A stretch of 64,000 bases of DNA from Methanomassiliicoccales archaeon. Its GTDB lineage: Archaea; Thermoplasmatota; Thermoplasmata; Methanomassiliicoccales; UBA472. Position numbers and translations under genes: made by a program. The notes under the pieces were generated by a model. That model was not told where the DNA came from, made no database searches, and saw only the letters and a program-made list of their open reading frames with translations. The stretch covers positions 42,195 to 106,194 of the forward strand of contig DAONGL010000001.1 of the NCBI GenBank assembly GCA_035404085.1, given 5' to 3'. Each line of letters opens with the position of its first letter. Positions within the stretch are counted from its first letter, which is position 1. Positions 18,502 to 27,668 of this stretch are shown one piece after another.

Positions 18502-19068
18502 CTACTCCTCGCGGCAGTCCGGGCACAGCAGGGACCCGTTCTCCAGTTCCAGAGCGATCGAATAGGCGTCACAGCTCTCGCAGTATCCGGCCAGTTTGCC
18601 GAAGCCGTTGGCCCGGGCTCCTGGTATGGCGCCTATCTTCGACCATTCCCTGGTCAGCTCTATGAGCGACGGGGACAGTTTCAGGATGTCCTTCTCGGTG
18701 AGCATCCCTATGAGCTTGCCGTCCTCCACCACTGGTAGGCGTCTCATGTGCAGCTCGGACATGCGTTTGGCGGCTATGGACACGTTCGATCCCGGGGTGA
18801 TGGTTATGACCGGCGAGGACATCACCTTCTCCACCTTGGTCCTCGAGGGGACCTTGCCGACGGCGACCACCTTGTAGAGCAGGTCCCTCTCGGTCAATAT
18901 CCCGACCGGCTGTCCTTCCTCCAGTATGATCAGGCTGCCCACGCTCTCCCGGAGCATCAGGGCCGCTGCTTCCTTCACGGTCATGTCCGGTCGTCCCGTG
19001 CGAGGGCGGCTGGACATCACCTCCCGGACCAGTATCTCCCTTACCTCCTTGGACCGCATGTTTATCAT
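18502..19068 (-). CDS. CBS-domain pair protein with C-terminal zinc ribbon
   Basis: 188 aa with two CBS repeats (VGSLIILEEGQPVGILTERDLL, and RRLPVVEDGKLIGMLTEKDIL) and a C-terminal CESC...CPDC motif. Confidence 0.8.
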   Translation of the reverse strand: MINMRSKEVREILVREVMSSRPRTGRPDMTVKEAAALMLRESVGSLIILEEGQPVGILTERDLLYKVVAVGKVPSRTKVEKVMSSPVITITPGSNVSIAAKRMSELHMRRLPVVEDGKLIGMLTEKDILKLSPSLIELTREWSKIGAIPGARANGFGKLAGYCESCDAYSIALELENGSLLCPDCREE

Positions 19069-19184
19069 ATTCTCACGGGCACTAGATATCTCTGCCGTCG
19101 TGATTTCACGGTTCGAGAGAGAATCAGGGTCTGAACATCCACAGTTTTTAATATCGCGTAGGTCAACAATAACCGGGGTTAAGC

Positions 19185-19778
19185 ATGAAGGACCAGGAAG
19201 GAGGCATGGCGGTCAAGTTGGCCCGCCGGGCCATTGATGCGGAGACCAGGGACCTGGACGTCGACCGTTTCGACGTTCCGGATGGCTTCAGGAGGATGAG
19301 CGGAGCCTTCGTCACGCTCAAGACCTTCCCTGGGGACGAGCTGCGCGGCTGCATCGGTTATCCGGAACCGGTGTTCCCCCTGGCCGAGGCGATACTCAGG
19401 GCGGCACAGGGTGCCTGCCACGATCCGCGCTTCCCAACGTTGCGACCGGAAGAGCTGGACCAGGTGGTGGTGGAGGTGAGCGTTCTGACGCCACCGATGG
19501 AGCTAAAGGTGGACGACCGCCGGGAAGTGCCGAAGGCCATCGTCATCGGGAGGGACGGGCTGATCATGGAGCGGGGGATGTACCGGGGACTGCTGCTCCC
19601 CCAGGTCCCGGTGGAATGGGAATGGGACGTCACCACCTTTCTGGAGCAGTCCTGCCTGAAGGCCGGACTTCCCCCAGACATGTGGCTTGACCGGAAGACG
19701 AGGATATTCACCTTCCAAGCGGAGATCTTCCACGAGGAATCGCCATACGGTCAAATACTCCGGGAACGTACCCAGTGA
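19185..19778 (+). CDS. AMMECR1 domain protein
   Basis: 197 aa: SGAFVTLKT....LRGCIGYPEP...DPRFP...LEVEVSVLTPP...GLLLPQV, the signature of the AMMECR1 family. Confidence 0.9.
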   Translation: MKDQEGGMAVKLARRAIDAETRDLDVDRFDVPDGFRRMSGAFVTLKTFPGDELRGCIGYPEPVFPLAEAILRAAQGACHDPRFPTLRPEELDQVVVEVSVLTPPMELKVDDRREVPKAIVIGRDGLIMERGMYRGLLLPQVPVEWEWDVTTFLEQSCLKAGLPPDMWLDRKTRIFTFQAEIFHEESPYGQILRERTQ

Positions 19779-19782
19779 TGGC

Positions 19783-21033
19783 ATGGACGTCGTAGAGGGT
19801 AAGCTGTTCTACCAGGGAAGATTGCAGAAGGCCTGCGTAGGGATCGAGGACGGGCGTATCGTCAGCGTGAGGAAGGTCCTCAGGGGCGACGAGCATTTCG
19901 ATTTCGGTGATCGCCTGGTGCTTCCCGGAGCGGTAGATCCTCACGTTCATTTCCGCGATCCAGGTCTGACCGGTAAGGAGGACTTCTCTTCCGGTTCGCT
20001 ATCGGCCCTCTACGGAGGGGTGACCTGCGTTCTCGATATGCCGAACACCGTGCCACCGGTCATCGATGCTTCATCATTGAAGGAGAAGCGGGAGGCGGTG
20101 TCCGGCCGCTCCTGGATAGATTACGGTCTCATGGCCGGCATCGCTCCCCGGACGGATGTCGCCTCGCTCGGCAAGTGCATCGCCTACAAGATATTCCTCG
20201 GATCGTCCACCCAGAGCGTGCTCCTGAAGGAAGAGAAGGACCTGGCCAGGGCATTGGATGAGGTGGGAAGGGCCGGACGTCCGGTGAGCGTGCACGCCGA
20301 GGAGGACGCCATGCTGTTGCGAATGGACGAACGGTCTCTGCGCGATCACGAGGAGTGCCGTCCCCGCCAGGCGGAGCTGGCAGCCATCGAGAGGCTGAAG
20401 AGATATCATGAACGCGCTCGTATCAATGTATGTCACGTGAGCTGCTCCGATTCATTATCGTCGCTGAAGGGAAGCGGGATGACCTTCGAGGTCGCGCCGC
20501 ACCACATGCTGCTGGACTCCAGCATGGACCTGGGCGTGTGGGGGAAGGTGAATCCTCCTTTAAGGCGCAGGGCCGATCGGGAGGCCTTGTTCCAAGCGTT
20601 CTGTCGGGGAGAGGTTCCGATGCTGGCCACCGACCACGCTCCGCACACTGCCGCGGAGAAGGAGAGAGGGTTCGGCGAGGCGCCCTCCGGACTACCTGGG
20701 GTGGAAACAGGTTTCGCCATGATGCTGGCGTTGGTCAAGAAGGGGTTCCTATCCATGGACGTGCTGCTCAATGCGGCCTGCTCCAATCCCGCCACGACCT
20801 TCGGATTGAACAAGGGTCAGATAGCGGAAGGTCGAGACGCCGACCTGGTGGTCATCGACCCCCGAGAGGTCACGATAATAAAGGGGAGAAACATGCACAG
20901 CAAGTGTGACTGGACTCCCTACGAAGGGAGAGAGGCGCTGTTCCCGCAGGCGGTGTTCCTGCGAGGAACGCTAGTGCTCAAGGACGGCTCGACCATGGCC
21001 GAGCGCAAAGGGAGGGAGATATCGTATGCTTAA
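19783..21033 (+). CDS. pyrC: dihydroorotase (cyclic amidohydrolase family)
   Basis: The track ORF is trimmed to ATG 19783 (MDVVEGKLFYQG...), 4 nt after the AMMECR1 stop. It has the metal motif PGAVDPHVHFRDPG, then VSVHAEE, TDHAPH and DADLVVID. Confidence 0.85.
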   Translation: MDVVEGKLFYQGRLQKACVGIEDGRIVSVRKVLRGDEHFDFGDRLVLPGAVDPHVHFRDPGLTGKEDFSSGSLSALYGGVTCVLDMPNTVPPVIDASSLKEKREAVSGRSWIDYGLMAGIAPRTDVASLGKCIAYKIFLGSSTQSVLLKEEKDLARALDEVGRAGRPVSVHAEEDAMLLRMDERSLRDHEECRPRQAELAAIERLKRYHERARINVCHVSCSDSLSSLKGSGMTFEVAPHHMLLDSSMDLGVWGKVNPPLRRRADREALFQAFCRGEVPMLATDHAPHTAAEKERGFGEAPSGLPGVETGFAMMLALVKKGFLSMDVLLNAACSNPATTFGLNKGQIAEGRDADLVVIDPREVTIIKGRNMHSKCDWTPYEGREALFPQAVFLRGTLVLKDGSTMAERKGREISYA

Positions 21034-22156
21034 CGGACCGCTGCCGCTGGACCTTAGCGAGCTGGAAGGAAGGAAATTCGTGTGCCAGGACCCCTGCAAG
21101 CTTTGCTGCCTATGCCAGCCGGAGTGCCTGCCTGAAGAGGTCGATTTCTTCAAGAAGAACTATCCGAACCGCCTGGTGCTCAAGAAGGAACCGCATAAGC
21201 ATTACGCTCTGGCCCTGAAGAAAGGTCAGGGATCGTGTTCCTTCCTGCAGGGAGGAAGATGCGAGGTCTACCCACACCGCCCGCATTTCTGCCGGCAATT
21301 CCCGTTCCACATTCACGTCGGGTCGAGGGCCCAGATAGAGCTGGACCTCAGCTGCCGCGGGGTGTGGCTGGGTCAGGGGGAGGACGCCATGACCGAAGGG
21401 CTGCGCATGGTGCAGGAAAAGGAGACGGAGATCCGACGGACCCTGAAGGAATCCGTTCCCGTCTACCGGGAGTTCACCCTGAACTGCCAGGAGGCCGGTT
21501 TGGAAATTGACGTCAGCAAGGTGCGCGCCCAGGTAGCCGCTCGATTGGACGAGCTTACGGACCTGCGCTTGATCGCCTCGCTGCTGGAGGAGAGCGTGGA
21601 GGAGGACGAGCTCTCCATTCCCGGGCTGAAGGCGAAACCGTTGCTGGACGCCAAGACCATGGGCGAGCTGTCGCATTCCGCCCTGGAGATGGTCACCGAT
21701 TCCATGGCCGCCGACGAACTGTTCCAGGCCCCGGTGTACTGCGCCCCGGACGGGAGCTGGAACCTGTTCCGCGTTCTAGGTCAAAAGGTGGAGTGGCACG
21801 TGCTGGGCGTCGAGGGTGACGTGACCAAGAGGGGCGAGCTTCCGATCAAGGACATCAAGCTGCAGCAGCCCGAGGGCCGGGACCGCCAGGTGCTGCGAGA
21901 TTACCTCAAGATACTGAACGACCGGGACAGCTTCATGGGCTACGCCTTCTATCTGATGGACGACTACGATTACGAGGACCCCTGGCCGAACGTGTACGGC
22001 GGAGTTCTGTCCACATCCATATTGGACCTGCTATGGAGGACCTCCCTGATCGCCGCCTTCTTCCCCGGGATGAAGGACGGGGAGCGCATGAGGGAGGGGA
22101 TAATCTTCTACGACATGGACCGCTTGGACGCGCCTACGCTGGGGGCGTTCATCTGA
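21026..22156 (+). CDS. YkgJ/UPF0153-type cysteine-cluster protein with a long C-terminal extension
   Basis: 376 aa with CQDPCKLCCLCQPEC and CSFLQGGRCEVYPHRPHFCRQFPF, matching the YkgJ (COG0727) motifs. Its ATG overlaps the pyrC stop (ATGCTTAA). Confidence 0.7.
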   Translation: MLNGPLPLDLSELEGRKFVCQDPCKLCCLCQPECLPEEVDFFKKNYPNRLVLKKEPHKHYALALKKGQGSCSFLQGGRCEVYPHRPHFCRQFPFHIHVGSRAQIELDLSCRGVWLGQGEDAMTEGLRMVQEKETEIRRTLKESVPVYREFTLNCQEAGLEIDVSKVRAQVAARLDELTDLRLIASLLEESVEEDELSIPGLKAKPLLDAKTMGELSHSALEMVTDSMAADELFQAPVYCAPDGSWNLFRVLGQKVEWHVLGVEGDVTKRGELPIKDIKLQQPEGRDRQVLRDYLKILNDRDSFMGYAFYLMDDYDYEDPWPNVYGGVLSTSILDLLWRTSLIAAFFPGMKDGERMREGIIFYDMDRLDAPTLGAFI

Positions 22157-22235
22157 CTGGCTGTTACAGGCGCTACACTGGAGCACAAAAACTTCATATA
22201 GTGAACTCTCATTCGCACGATAAGGTGAAGTGAGC

Positions 22236-22451
22236 ATGCAGAAACCGCTGAATGTCCTCAACCAGGCGATAAACAACCAGGTCATCGTCACGTTGAAGGG
22301 CAACCGCGAGTACCGAGGGGTGCTGGACGGATACGATCCCCACATGAACTTGGTGCTCAAGAACGCGGAGGAGCTGATCAACAGCGAGGTCGTCCGCAAG
22401 CTCACAGTGACCATTGTCCGCGGCGACAACGTAATTTACATCTCACCCTGA
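22236..22451 (+). CDS. Sm-like archaeal protein (LSm/SmAP)
   Basis: Sm1/Sm2 motifs: [31 protein letters not shown]...[12 protein letters not shown] prefer ATG 22236 after GGTGA over the track GTG 22230. Confidence 0.9.
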   Translation: MQKPLNVLNQAINNQVIVTLKGNREYRGVLDGYDPHMNLVLKNAEELINSEVVRKLTVTIVRGDNVIYISP

Positions 22452-22461
22452 GGTTATTCTT

Positions 22462-22629
22462 ATGACGAAAGGTACGGCATCACACGGAAAGATGGGAGAC
22501 AAGAAGACGCACGTCCCCTGCCGCAGATGCGGAAGGAGGGCCTACAACATACGCGCTTCCTTCTGCGCTTCCTGTGGATATGGCAAGACCGCCACCATGA
22601 GAACGTATAACTGGGCAAAGACCCATTGA
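22462..22629 (+). CDS. rpl37e: 50S ribosomal protein L37e
   Basis: Not in the ORF track (55 aa). Translation is MTKGTASHGKMGDKKTHVPCRRCGRRAYNIRASFCASCGYGKTATMRTYNWAKTH, with the canonical L37e zinc ribbon (CRRCG...CASCG). It follows the LSm gene, as in many archaea. Confidence 0.9.
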   Translation: MTKGTASHGKMGDKKTHVPCRRCGRRAYNIRASFCASCGYGKTATMRTYNWAKTH

Positions 22630-24053
22630 CGTTCGAGGTAGCTCCCTTGGAGGATGACCGTCCGAAGCATTTTTGCGGGATCGTCGGCATGGCCCTGGAG
22701 GGCGATGTCGTCCCCCATCTGAAAAAGTCACTCCGGATCATCCAACACCGTGGCCAGGAGGCCGCGGGAATAGCCGTCTTCAACGGCAAGACCATGTCCT
22801 ATCATAGAGGGATGGGGCTAGTGCATGAGGTATTGGTCGGACGGCAGTACAATGCGCTGGTGGGCAACACCGGCATCGGCCATGTCCGCTACTCCACTTC
22901 CGGCTCGTCCTGCGCGGAGAACTGCCAGCCTATAACCGTCACCACCAAGGAAGGCGATCTGGCCCTAGCTCATAACGGCGATATCGTCAACGCCGCTTCC
23001 ATCCGGACCAAGTTACAGGCGGAAGGCTGGGCGTTCTTGACGTCCACCGACTCCGAGATCATCGTTCGCATAATGGCCACGGAGCTTTCGATAAGTCCTG
23101 ATCCGATTCGGGCGATCAAGACGGTCATGAAGACCCTGGAAGGCGCCTACTCCATCGTAATGATGATCGGGGGCCGCACCTTCGGCTTCCGCGATCCTTA
23201 CGGTTTCCGGCCCCTGTGCCTCGGTAAGCTATCGAACGGCTACGTTCTGGCCTCCGAGAGCTCCGTGTTCGACGTCCTGAGGGGGGAGTTCATCCGGGAC
23301 ATCCTTCCGGGCGAGATAGTGGAGATAACCCCGACCGGGGTCACCTCCACCCGAACTCCCGCCGCGCCGCATAAGGCGCATTGCATGTTCGAATGGGTAT
23401 ATTTCGCACGTCCGGACGCGGTGATCGACGGTCAGGAGGTCTATCGCGTACGCACCAGCATAGGACACATCCTGGCCAAGGAGCAGCCGGTGGACGCTGA
23501 TGTCGTCGTCCCGGTTCCTGACTCCGGGCGAGCTCACGCCTTGGGGTACGCGGAAGGCTCTGGTATTCCGTACGCTGAAGGGTTCATGAAGAACCGTTAC
23601 ATCGAGAGAACGTTCATCTTACCGGACCAGGCCCAGAGGGACGAGGGCGTTCTCCTGAAGCTGAATCCCATAAGGTCCACCGTGGCCGGGAAGAAGGTGG
23701 TCATCGTGGACGATTCCATCGTCCGCGGAACGACCATGCTCAAGATCGTTCAGATGACCCGAAGGGCCGGAGCCAAGGAAGTTCACGTTCGAATCGGTTG
23801 CCCGCCCGTGATCGCGCCGTGCTTCTATGGCGTGGACATGAAGACCAGGGAGCAGTTCGCCGCTCTGAACCGCACCCCGCAGCAGATAGCCGAGCTTATT
23901 ACCGCTGACTCGGTCGGCTACATCAGTCAGGCCGGTCTCGTGGAAGCTCTACGGATCCCGGAGTCCGAGCTATGTCTCGCCTGCGTGAACGGCGAGTACC
24001 CGACCAGGATCGTCGGCGAGAAGATGCGCTTCCAGAAGACCCTTGAGGTCTGA
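22626..24053 (+). CDS. purF: amidophosphoribosyltransferase
   Basis: 475 aa with the Ntn catalytic Cys in HFCGIVGM, PRT motif VVIVDDSIVRGTT, and C-terminal Fe-S cysteines (CFYGVDM, CLACVNGEYP). Only TTG starts (22626 or 22647) lie upstream of the catalytic Cys. Confidence 0.9.
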   Translation: MTFEVAPLEDDRPKHFCGIVGMALEGDVVPHLKKSLRIIQHRGQEAAGIAVFNGKTMSYHRGMGLVHEVLVGRQYNALVGNTGIGHVRYSTSGSSCAENCQPITVTTKEGDLALAHNGDIVNAASIRTKLQAEGWAFLTSTDSEIIVRIMATELSISPDPIRAIKTVMKTLEGAYSIVMMIGGRTFGFRDPYGFRPLCLGKLSNGYVLASESSVFDVLRGEFIRDILPGEIVEITPTGVTSTRTPAAPHKAHCMFEWVYFARPDAVIDGQEVYRVRTSIGHILAKEQPVDADVVVPVPDSGRAHALGYAEGSGIPYAEGFMKNRYIERTFILPDQAQRDEGVLLKLNPIRSTVAGKKVVIVDDSIVRGTTMLKIVQMTRRAGAKEVHVRIGCPPVIAPCFYGVDMKTREQFAALNRTPQQIAELITADSVGYISQAGLVEALRIPESELCLACVNGEYPTRIVGEKMRFQKTLEV

Positions 24054-24094
24054 TCCGTCCGTCTCATCGATCGGCCGGTAAGCATTATTATCCT

Positions 24095-24505
24095 ATGGAA
24101 ATATTGTCAACCATGGGTAACAAGGTCCGTAGGAATCGTCCGCTCGGCGTGACGATAATCGGCGTTCTGCTATTCATTTTCGGCCTGTTCATGATCCTAG
24201 GTGGCATCACCTTGGGTGCCCTGACGGACCTGGAAGGGTTGGACCTGGCCATCGAGATGGTCGCTCTGGCCATGGGAGTGATCTATATCCTGGCCGCCTT
24301 CGGATTCTTCAAGGGCTGGGGTTTCGTCTGGCTGCTGACCATGATAGTGGTCGTCATCGGGATCATCTGGAACATACTGTCCTGGGTCCTCGGCGGTCTG
24401 GATATGGACAAGGTCGCGAGCCTGTTGATCGGTCTGATAATACCGATCATAATCCTGCTGTACATGAACAGCAGCAACGTGAAGACGTTCTTCCGCCGTG
24501 GCTGA
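24095..24505 (+). CDS. small integral membrane protein
   Basis: 136 aa with four clear hydrophobic helices. No family recognised. Confidence 0.6.
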   Translation: MEILSTMGNKVRRNRPLGVTIIGVLLFIFGLFMILGGITLGALTDLEGLDLAIEMVALAMGVIYILAAFGFFKGWGFVWLLTMIVVVIGIIWNILSWVLGGLDMDKVASLLIGLIIPIIILLYMNSSNVKTFFRRG

Positions 24506-24601
24506 AAACCATTTCCTTCGTTCAATTTTTCCAGGAATGCCAGGCCAGACCGGGATATTAAGATAAGATTAAATAGAGAAAATCGCTTTGCCAATTCCAC
24601 T

Positions 24602-24674
24602 GGGCAGGTAGATCAGCTGGAAGATCGCTACCTTGGCATGGTAGAGGCCGGGGGTTCAAATCCCCCCCTGTCCA
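24602..24674 (+). tRNA. tRNA-Ala (GGC)
   Basis: Hand-folded. Acceptor is GGGCAGG/CCTGTCC with the G3:U70 alanine identity pair, D arm GATC/GATC, and anticodon stem CTACC/GGTAG with loop TTGGCAT. T arm is GGGGG-TTCAAAT-CCCCC, with discriminator A. Confidence 0.9.
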
Positions 24675-24806
24675 CTTCTCATCAATGATTTTTACCTCAT
24701 TCCATTTTTATCAAGATCCATTATCAGGTCCGATGGATGGGCGCCGGGAAAACGCCAAGGATAGCAGATTTATAAAGTTAATAAACACACATATGATAGT
24801 TCACCA

Positions 24807-25799
24807 ATGAAGGCGATCGTATGGACCAGATACGGTCCTCCTGAAGTCCTGGAATATAGAGATGTCTCCAAGCCCGTTATATGTAAGGGCGAGGTTCTGA
24901 TCAGGGTATACGCCACTTCCGCTTTTACCGGCGATTGCGAGCTAAGGCGTTTCCAGGTTCCTTCATCCCTCTGGCTTTTCACCAGGCTGTACCTGGGTTT
25001 GACCAGACCAAAACGGGTCACCATTCTCGGCCAGGAGATGTCTGGCATGGTGGAGGCTGTCGGCCAGGGCGTATCTAATTTCGCGGCCGGGGACATGGTC
25101 TTTGGCCTGACCGGGATGCGCTTCGGAACCTACGCCGAATATGTATGCGTTCCAAATGGCGCTTTGATGGTCGAGAAGACGGACGGTCTCACCTTCGAGG
25201 AAGCGGCGGTACTGTCCGTCGGGGGGTTGGAGGCGCTGCATTTCATAGAGAGGGCGAAAATACGGGAAGGACAGAGGGTGCTGATAAACGGGGGAGGAGG
25301 TAGCATAGGCACCCTGGCCTTGCAGATGGCTAAGGATGTGGGCGCCAAAGTGACCTGCGTGGACAGCCAGATAAAACTGGACATGTTGAAGGATCTGGGC
25401 GCCAATCAGGTACTAGATTATACGAAAGATGATATTCTTGGCAACGCGGAGGGATACGACGTGATCCTGGACCTGGTGGGGAAAACACCTGTCCCAGAGC
25501 TGGTGCGCGCGTTGAAGGATCACGGGCTCCTCGTCATGGGCAACTCAGGACCCTTCGCTCCCAAGCTTTTCGGCCTCTGGGCGTCTATGTCTGGCGGAAA
25601 GAGGGTGGTGTCCAATCAATCGTCCGGTACGATCGAGGAGCTCGAGAGGCTTAGAGACCTGGTGACATCAGGGAAAATCCGATTGGTCATCGACCGGAGC
25701 TTTCCACTGGAGAGGACCGCCGATGCGCATCGCTACATAGAACAGGGTCTGAAGAAGGGCAACGTCGTGATCAATGTGGCCGGAGGAAAGGGAAGCTGA
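24807..25799 (+). CDS. medium-chain dehydrogenase/reductase (quinone oxidoreductase / Zn-ADH-like)
   Basis: 330 aa with a GroES-like N-terminus (EVLIRVYATS...), the Rossmann motif VLINGGGGSIGTLALQMAK, and a C-terminus ending GKIRLVIDRSFPL...H.Y.E.G.KKGNVVI. Confidence 0.85.
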   Translation: MKAIVWTRYGPPEVLEYRDVSKPVICKGEVLIRVYATSAFTGDCELRRFQVPSSLWLFTRLYLGLTRPKRVTILGQEMSGMVEAVGQGVSNFAAGDMVFGLTGMRFGTYAEYVCVPNGALMVEKTDGLTFEEAAVLSVGGLEALHFIERAKIREGQRVLINGGGGSIGTLALQMAKDVGAKVTCVDSQIKLDMLKDLGANQVLDYTKDDILGNAEGYDVILDLVGKTPVPELVRALKDHGLLVMGNSGPFAPKLFGLWASMSGGKRVVSNQSSGTIEELERLRDLVTSGKIRLVIDRSFPLERTADAHRYIEQGLKKGNVVINVAGGKGS

Positions 25800-25816
25800 A
25801 GCGATCTAGCCAGGCG

Positions 25817-26488
25817 TTAAGGTTCTTTCGGTGAGTATCCGGTCAGTATCTCCCTCAGGATGCGGCCTTCGGCCTTTCTCAAGTGCTCCATCAGCGTGCC
25901 CTTGCTGATCCCCAACTTCTTGGACAGTTCTTCGCTCGATATCTTCTTTGGGTAGTCGTAATAGCCATGCTGATAAGCGGTCATCACCGTCTCCCTCTGT
26001 CTGTCCGTCAGCACGCTCAGGACATCCTGCTTTTGATAGGCTGCCCTCATGAAGGACATGCTCGTGATCCGCTCCGCGGTGGGCTTGACCAGTTCCAGGA
26101 ACCTCCGGAGCTCCTTTTGCTCCGCTAGAACGCTGACCACCATTCGGTCCTCCGATATCTTTGTCGGGGCTGTATAGATCAGGTCAAGGTCGAACTCCCG
26201 GAACTCGTCCTTTCTCTCTTCCGGCTCATGATGTTTGATCAGGCAGACCCGCTTCCTCCCTTCCGATCGGAGGACGCTGAGTATCTCCATATCACCTATG
26301 TTCGTCCGTTCCGCGATCTCGATGTCATCCTTCAGTATGAACTCGACCAGATCGATGCAGGTGCATTCCTCCAGATCGATTCTCAGAGACTCGAGGATCT
26401 CATAGGAATGAATCTTTTCGAATAAGGGCCGCATCTCCTCTTTCGTCGATGGGCTAGGAACCATGTCCAAGATGAGCTTTCTCATCAA
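25817..26488 (-). CDS. HTH_10 (bacterio-opsin activator-type) DNA-binding protein
   Basis: 223 aa. The C-terminal LTDRQRETVMTAYQHGYYDYPKKISSEELSKKLGISKGTLMEHLRKAEGRIL is the canonical Bat-type HTH. Confidence 0.8.
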   Translation of the reverse strand: MMRKLILDMVPSPSTKEEMRPLFEKIHSYEILESLRIDLEECTCIDLVEFILKDDIEIAERTNIGDMEILSVLRSEGRKRVCLIKHHEPEERKDEFREFDLDLIYTAPTKISEDRMVVSVLAEQKELRRFLELVKPTAERITSMSFMRAAYQKQDVLSVLTDRQRETVMTAYQHGYYDYPKKISSEELSKKLGISKGTLMEHLRKAEGRILREILTGYSPKEP

Positions 26489-26595
26489 TGTACAATAAAA
26501 TTGTATGGCTATTTAAAGAACCCCACATGTAAGGCTCAATTTGCTTCAATTCGACCATCACTACCTTCGAACAAGGAATTAGGAAGTGATAATGA

Positions 26596-27402
26596 ATGTA
26601 CAGCGAAAGGGTGTGGAAAAAGAGAACGGACAGGTCCGTGTCGGGTCAAGCAGATCAGGATGGACCAGGGGCAAGGACCGCATGGCCAACGAAGAGGCTT
26701 GCGCTCACGGCAGGCCTTCTCTATCTAGGGGTGATCATCTTCGGGATATTCGCCCAGATGGCCAGAATGGATCTCATAGTGCCGGAGGATGCCGGGGCGA
26801 CCGTAGCTAATATCTTGGGTTCAAGTGGATCGCTCCAGTTGGCTCTGGTGAGCGATATCGCCATGTGCTCCTGCTTTATTCTGTTGGGGGTGGTCTCCTA
26901 CGTGATGTTCAAGAAGACCCATGACTGCGTCGCGTGGATCATGCTGCTCCTGGTGGTTGTCAGCGGTGCGTACGCCTTTTACAACCTACACAACGTTATA
27001 GAGGCCATCCAGATAGTCAATGGCGCCGGTCAGTTGACCGTTGACGAACAGGAAATGGTCTTGGCTCTGCTGAACGCTCACGAGGACGGCACGTACATCG
27101 CGAACGTCATTGGTTGGGGGCCGTGGCTGGTTCCCCTGGGTTACCTTGGGTACCGGTCAGGGTTCGTTCCCAAGGCGATAGGGTTCATCCTTATCGCCGG
27201 GGGCATCGGTCTGACCGCCCAGAGCCTGCAGTATTTCCTGCTCCCGGACCTGGGCGACCTGTTCGCTCCCGGGGTCGTTCTATCGATCATCGGGGAGTTC
27301 GCAATCTGCGCCTGGTTCATCTATTCCGGGGTTAGAGGGAACAGGTTCTCTTCGGGAATTGATGAGCGCACGAAAGAGATCGATCCAGTCGATCCTCGAT
27401 AA
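26596..27402 (+). CDS. DUF4386-like integral membrane protein
   Basis: 268 aa and polytopic. LTAGLLYLGVIIFGIFAQ... and the later WLVPLGYLGYRSGFVPK resemble the DUF4386 family. Confidence 0.6.
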   Translation: MYSERVWKKRTDRSVSGQADQDGPGARTAWPTKRLALTAGLLYLGVIIFGIFAQMARMDLIVPEDAGATVANILGSSGSLQLALVSDIAMCSCFILLGVVSYVMFKKTHDCVAWIMLLLVVVSGAYAFYNLHNVIEAIQIVNGAGQLTVDEQEMVLALLNAHEDGTYIANVIGWGPWLVPLGYLGYRSGFVPKAIGFILIAGGIGLTAQSLQYFLLPDLGDLFAPGVVLSIIGEFAICAWFIYSGVRGNRFSSGIDERTKEIDPVDPR

Positions 27403-27417
27403 ACCTCTCTTCAAAAA

Positions 27418-27454
27418 GGACAGGAGTGATCCTCCTGTCCCCACTTTTTCTTTT
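27418..27454 (+). terminator. hairpin plus T-tract downstream of the DUF4386-like gene
   Basis: A perfect 9-bp stem, GGACAGGAG (27418-27426) with CTCCTGTCC (27432-27440) and loop TGATC, is followed by TTTTTCTTTT (27445-27454). It begins 16 nt after the stop codon. Confidence 0.45.
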
Positions 27455-27668
27455 CATATTCTTGGGCAACATTGGTTCAAAAGGGTTCAAATTCCCGCTC
27501 GCATGGATCTCGGACGGTACAATGACCCATGGACAGAATCATCGATGATCACCAGGGTGATCTATTGACAACCTTCGGCGCCCTTCAATCCTTCTCAATC
27601 TGATCCGCCATATGTTCTTTCCCCCAACAGTAGAGCTGCTCGACCATTGGTTGAAGTGAATGACATCG

